The notes under the pieces: generated by a model
Database searches by the model: none
The model's input: the letters and a program-made list of their open reading frames with translations, nothing else
What the model was told of the DNA's origin: nothing
Shown here: piece by piece, positions 60,868 to 61,017 of the stretch
Layout of the letters: each line of letters opens with the position of its first letter
Position numbering within the stretch: the first letter of the stretch is position 1
Source of the DNA: a virus
Direction: 5' to 3' (one strand)
DNA: 61,017 nt
Virus record (IMG/VR): IMGVR_UViG_3300002854_000002
Coordinates: 1 to 61,017 of that record
Position numbers and translations under genes: made by a program

Positions 60868-61017
60868 AAAAGTATTCAACGAACGCACCTAATTTAACGT
60901 GCTTCAATACGCCGGAGATCCGTTGTACGACGTAGGCTAACGATTTGTGCCTCCGCCGTAAAACTTAAAATCCTGCGGTGGGTGACCACCGTACGGGTTC
61001 GATTCCCGTCCTCGGCA
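60868..61017. repeat. Direct terminal repeat, copy 2
   Basis: Identical to 1-150. Confidence 0.95.
60964..61017 (+). other. Second copy of the tRNA-Leu 3'-half-like segment (inside DTR copy 2)
   Basis: Identical to 97-150. Confidence 0.7.

Larger units (their letters stand above)
1..61017 (+). mobile_element. Complete temperate contractile-tailed phage genome, unit length 60867 bp plus 150-bp terminal overlap
   Basis: Integrase, replication, nucleotide-metabolism, terminase, portal, capsid, sheath/tube/baseplate and lysis modules are all present. Exact terminal repeat and no host genes. Confidence 0.85.

Noticed and set aside
1-61017. Interpreting the two 150-bp repeats as prophage attL/attR in a host chromosome
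   Set aside because: The identity extends 96 nt upstream of the tRNA-like part into non-tRNA sequence, which could not be shared with an intact host tRNA gene. No host genes flank the repeats, and the window ends exactly on them. A closed or terminally redundant phage genome fits better.
1-61017. Reverse-transcriptase-based systems (DGR, retron), restriction-modification, CBASS-like or other known defence operons
   Set aside because: No ORF shows reverse-transcriptase, methyltransferase, cyclase or other hallmark motifs on inspection. Only small uncharacterised morons are present.

Overview
The window is one complete temperate tailed-phage genome with a unit length of 60,867 bp. It is closed by an exact 150-bp direct terminal repeat (1-150 = 60868-61017). 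There are no host flanks, rRNA genes, CRISPR arrays or complete tRNA genes. Nearly all genes are on the + strand.

Gene order:
- attP-like tRNA-Leu(UAA) 3' fragment and tyrosine integrase (1-1.3 kb).
- HNH endonuclease and small early genes (1.7-6.2 kb).
- An XRE repressor/operator switch (6.2-6.5 kb).
- Replication module: DnaC-like loader, DnaB-like helicase, Toprim primase, sigma-like factor, SSB-like protein, split family-A DNA polymerase, PD-(D/E)XK nucleases and RuvC (7.7-22.5 kb).
- Nucleotide metabolism: class I RNR alpha, dUTPase, ThyX (22.6-26.5 kb).
- Regulators (29.6-31.4 kb).
- A mostly minus-strand, lower-GC cargo island with SRAP, YolD-like and ATP-dependent ligase genes behind a LexA-type box (31.8-35.6 kb).
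- A RepL-like gene followed by 1.3 kb of gene-free, repeat-dense DNA (35.8-37.6 kb).
- A PBSX-like contractile-tail structural module (37.6-58.1 kb).
- Lysis cassette (58.2-60.1 kb) and a terminal moron.

Gene content (Cheo-type box, SPbeta/PBSX-like genes, Bacillus-like tRNA-Leu fragment) suggests a Bacillales host. This is inference.

Most notable observations:
1. Several tightly packed replication/recombination genes have a good Shine-Dalgarno sequence but only ATT/ATC/ATA at the expected start. One is a complete RuvC gene that is absent from the ORF track.
2. A clear 3D-domain ORF has no usable start codon at all. It sits +1 to the upstream gene at a CCC-TAA site.
3. The DNA polymerase is split exactly inside the TGRxSS/NLQN motif by about 289 bp that carries a small coupled ORF.
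4. Three paralogous proteins are built from tandem small beta-barrel repeats.
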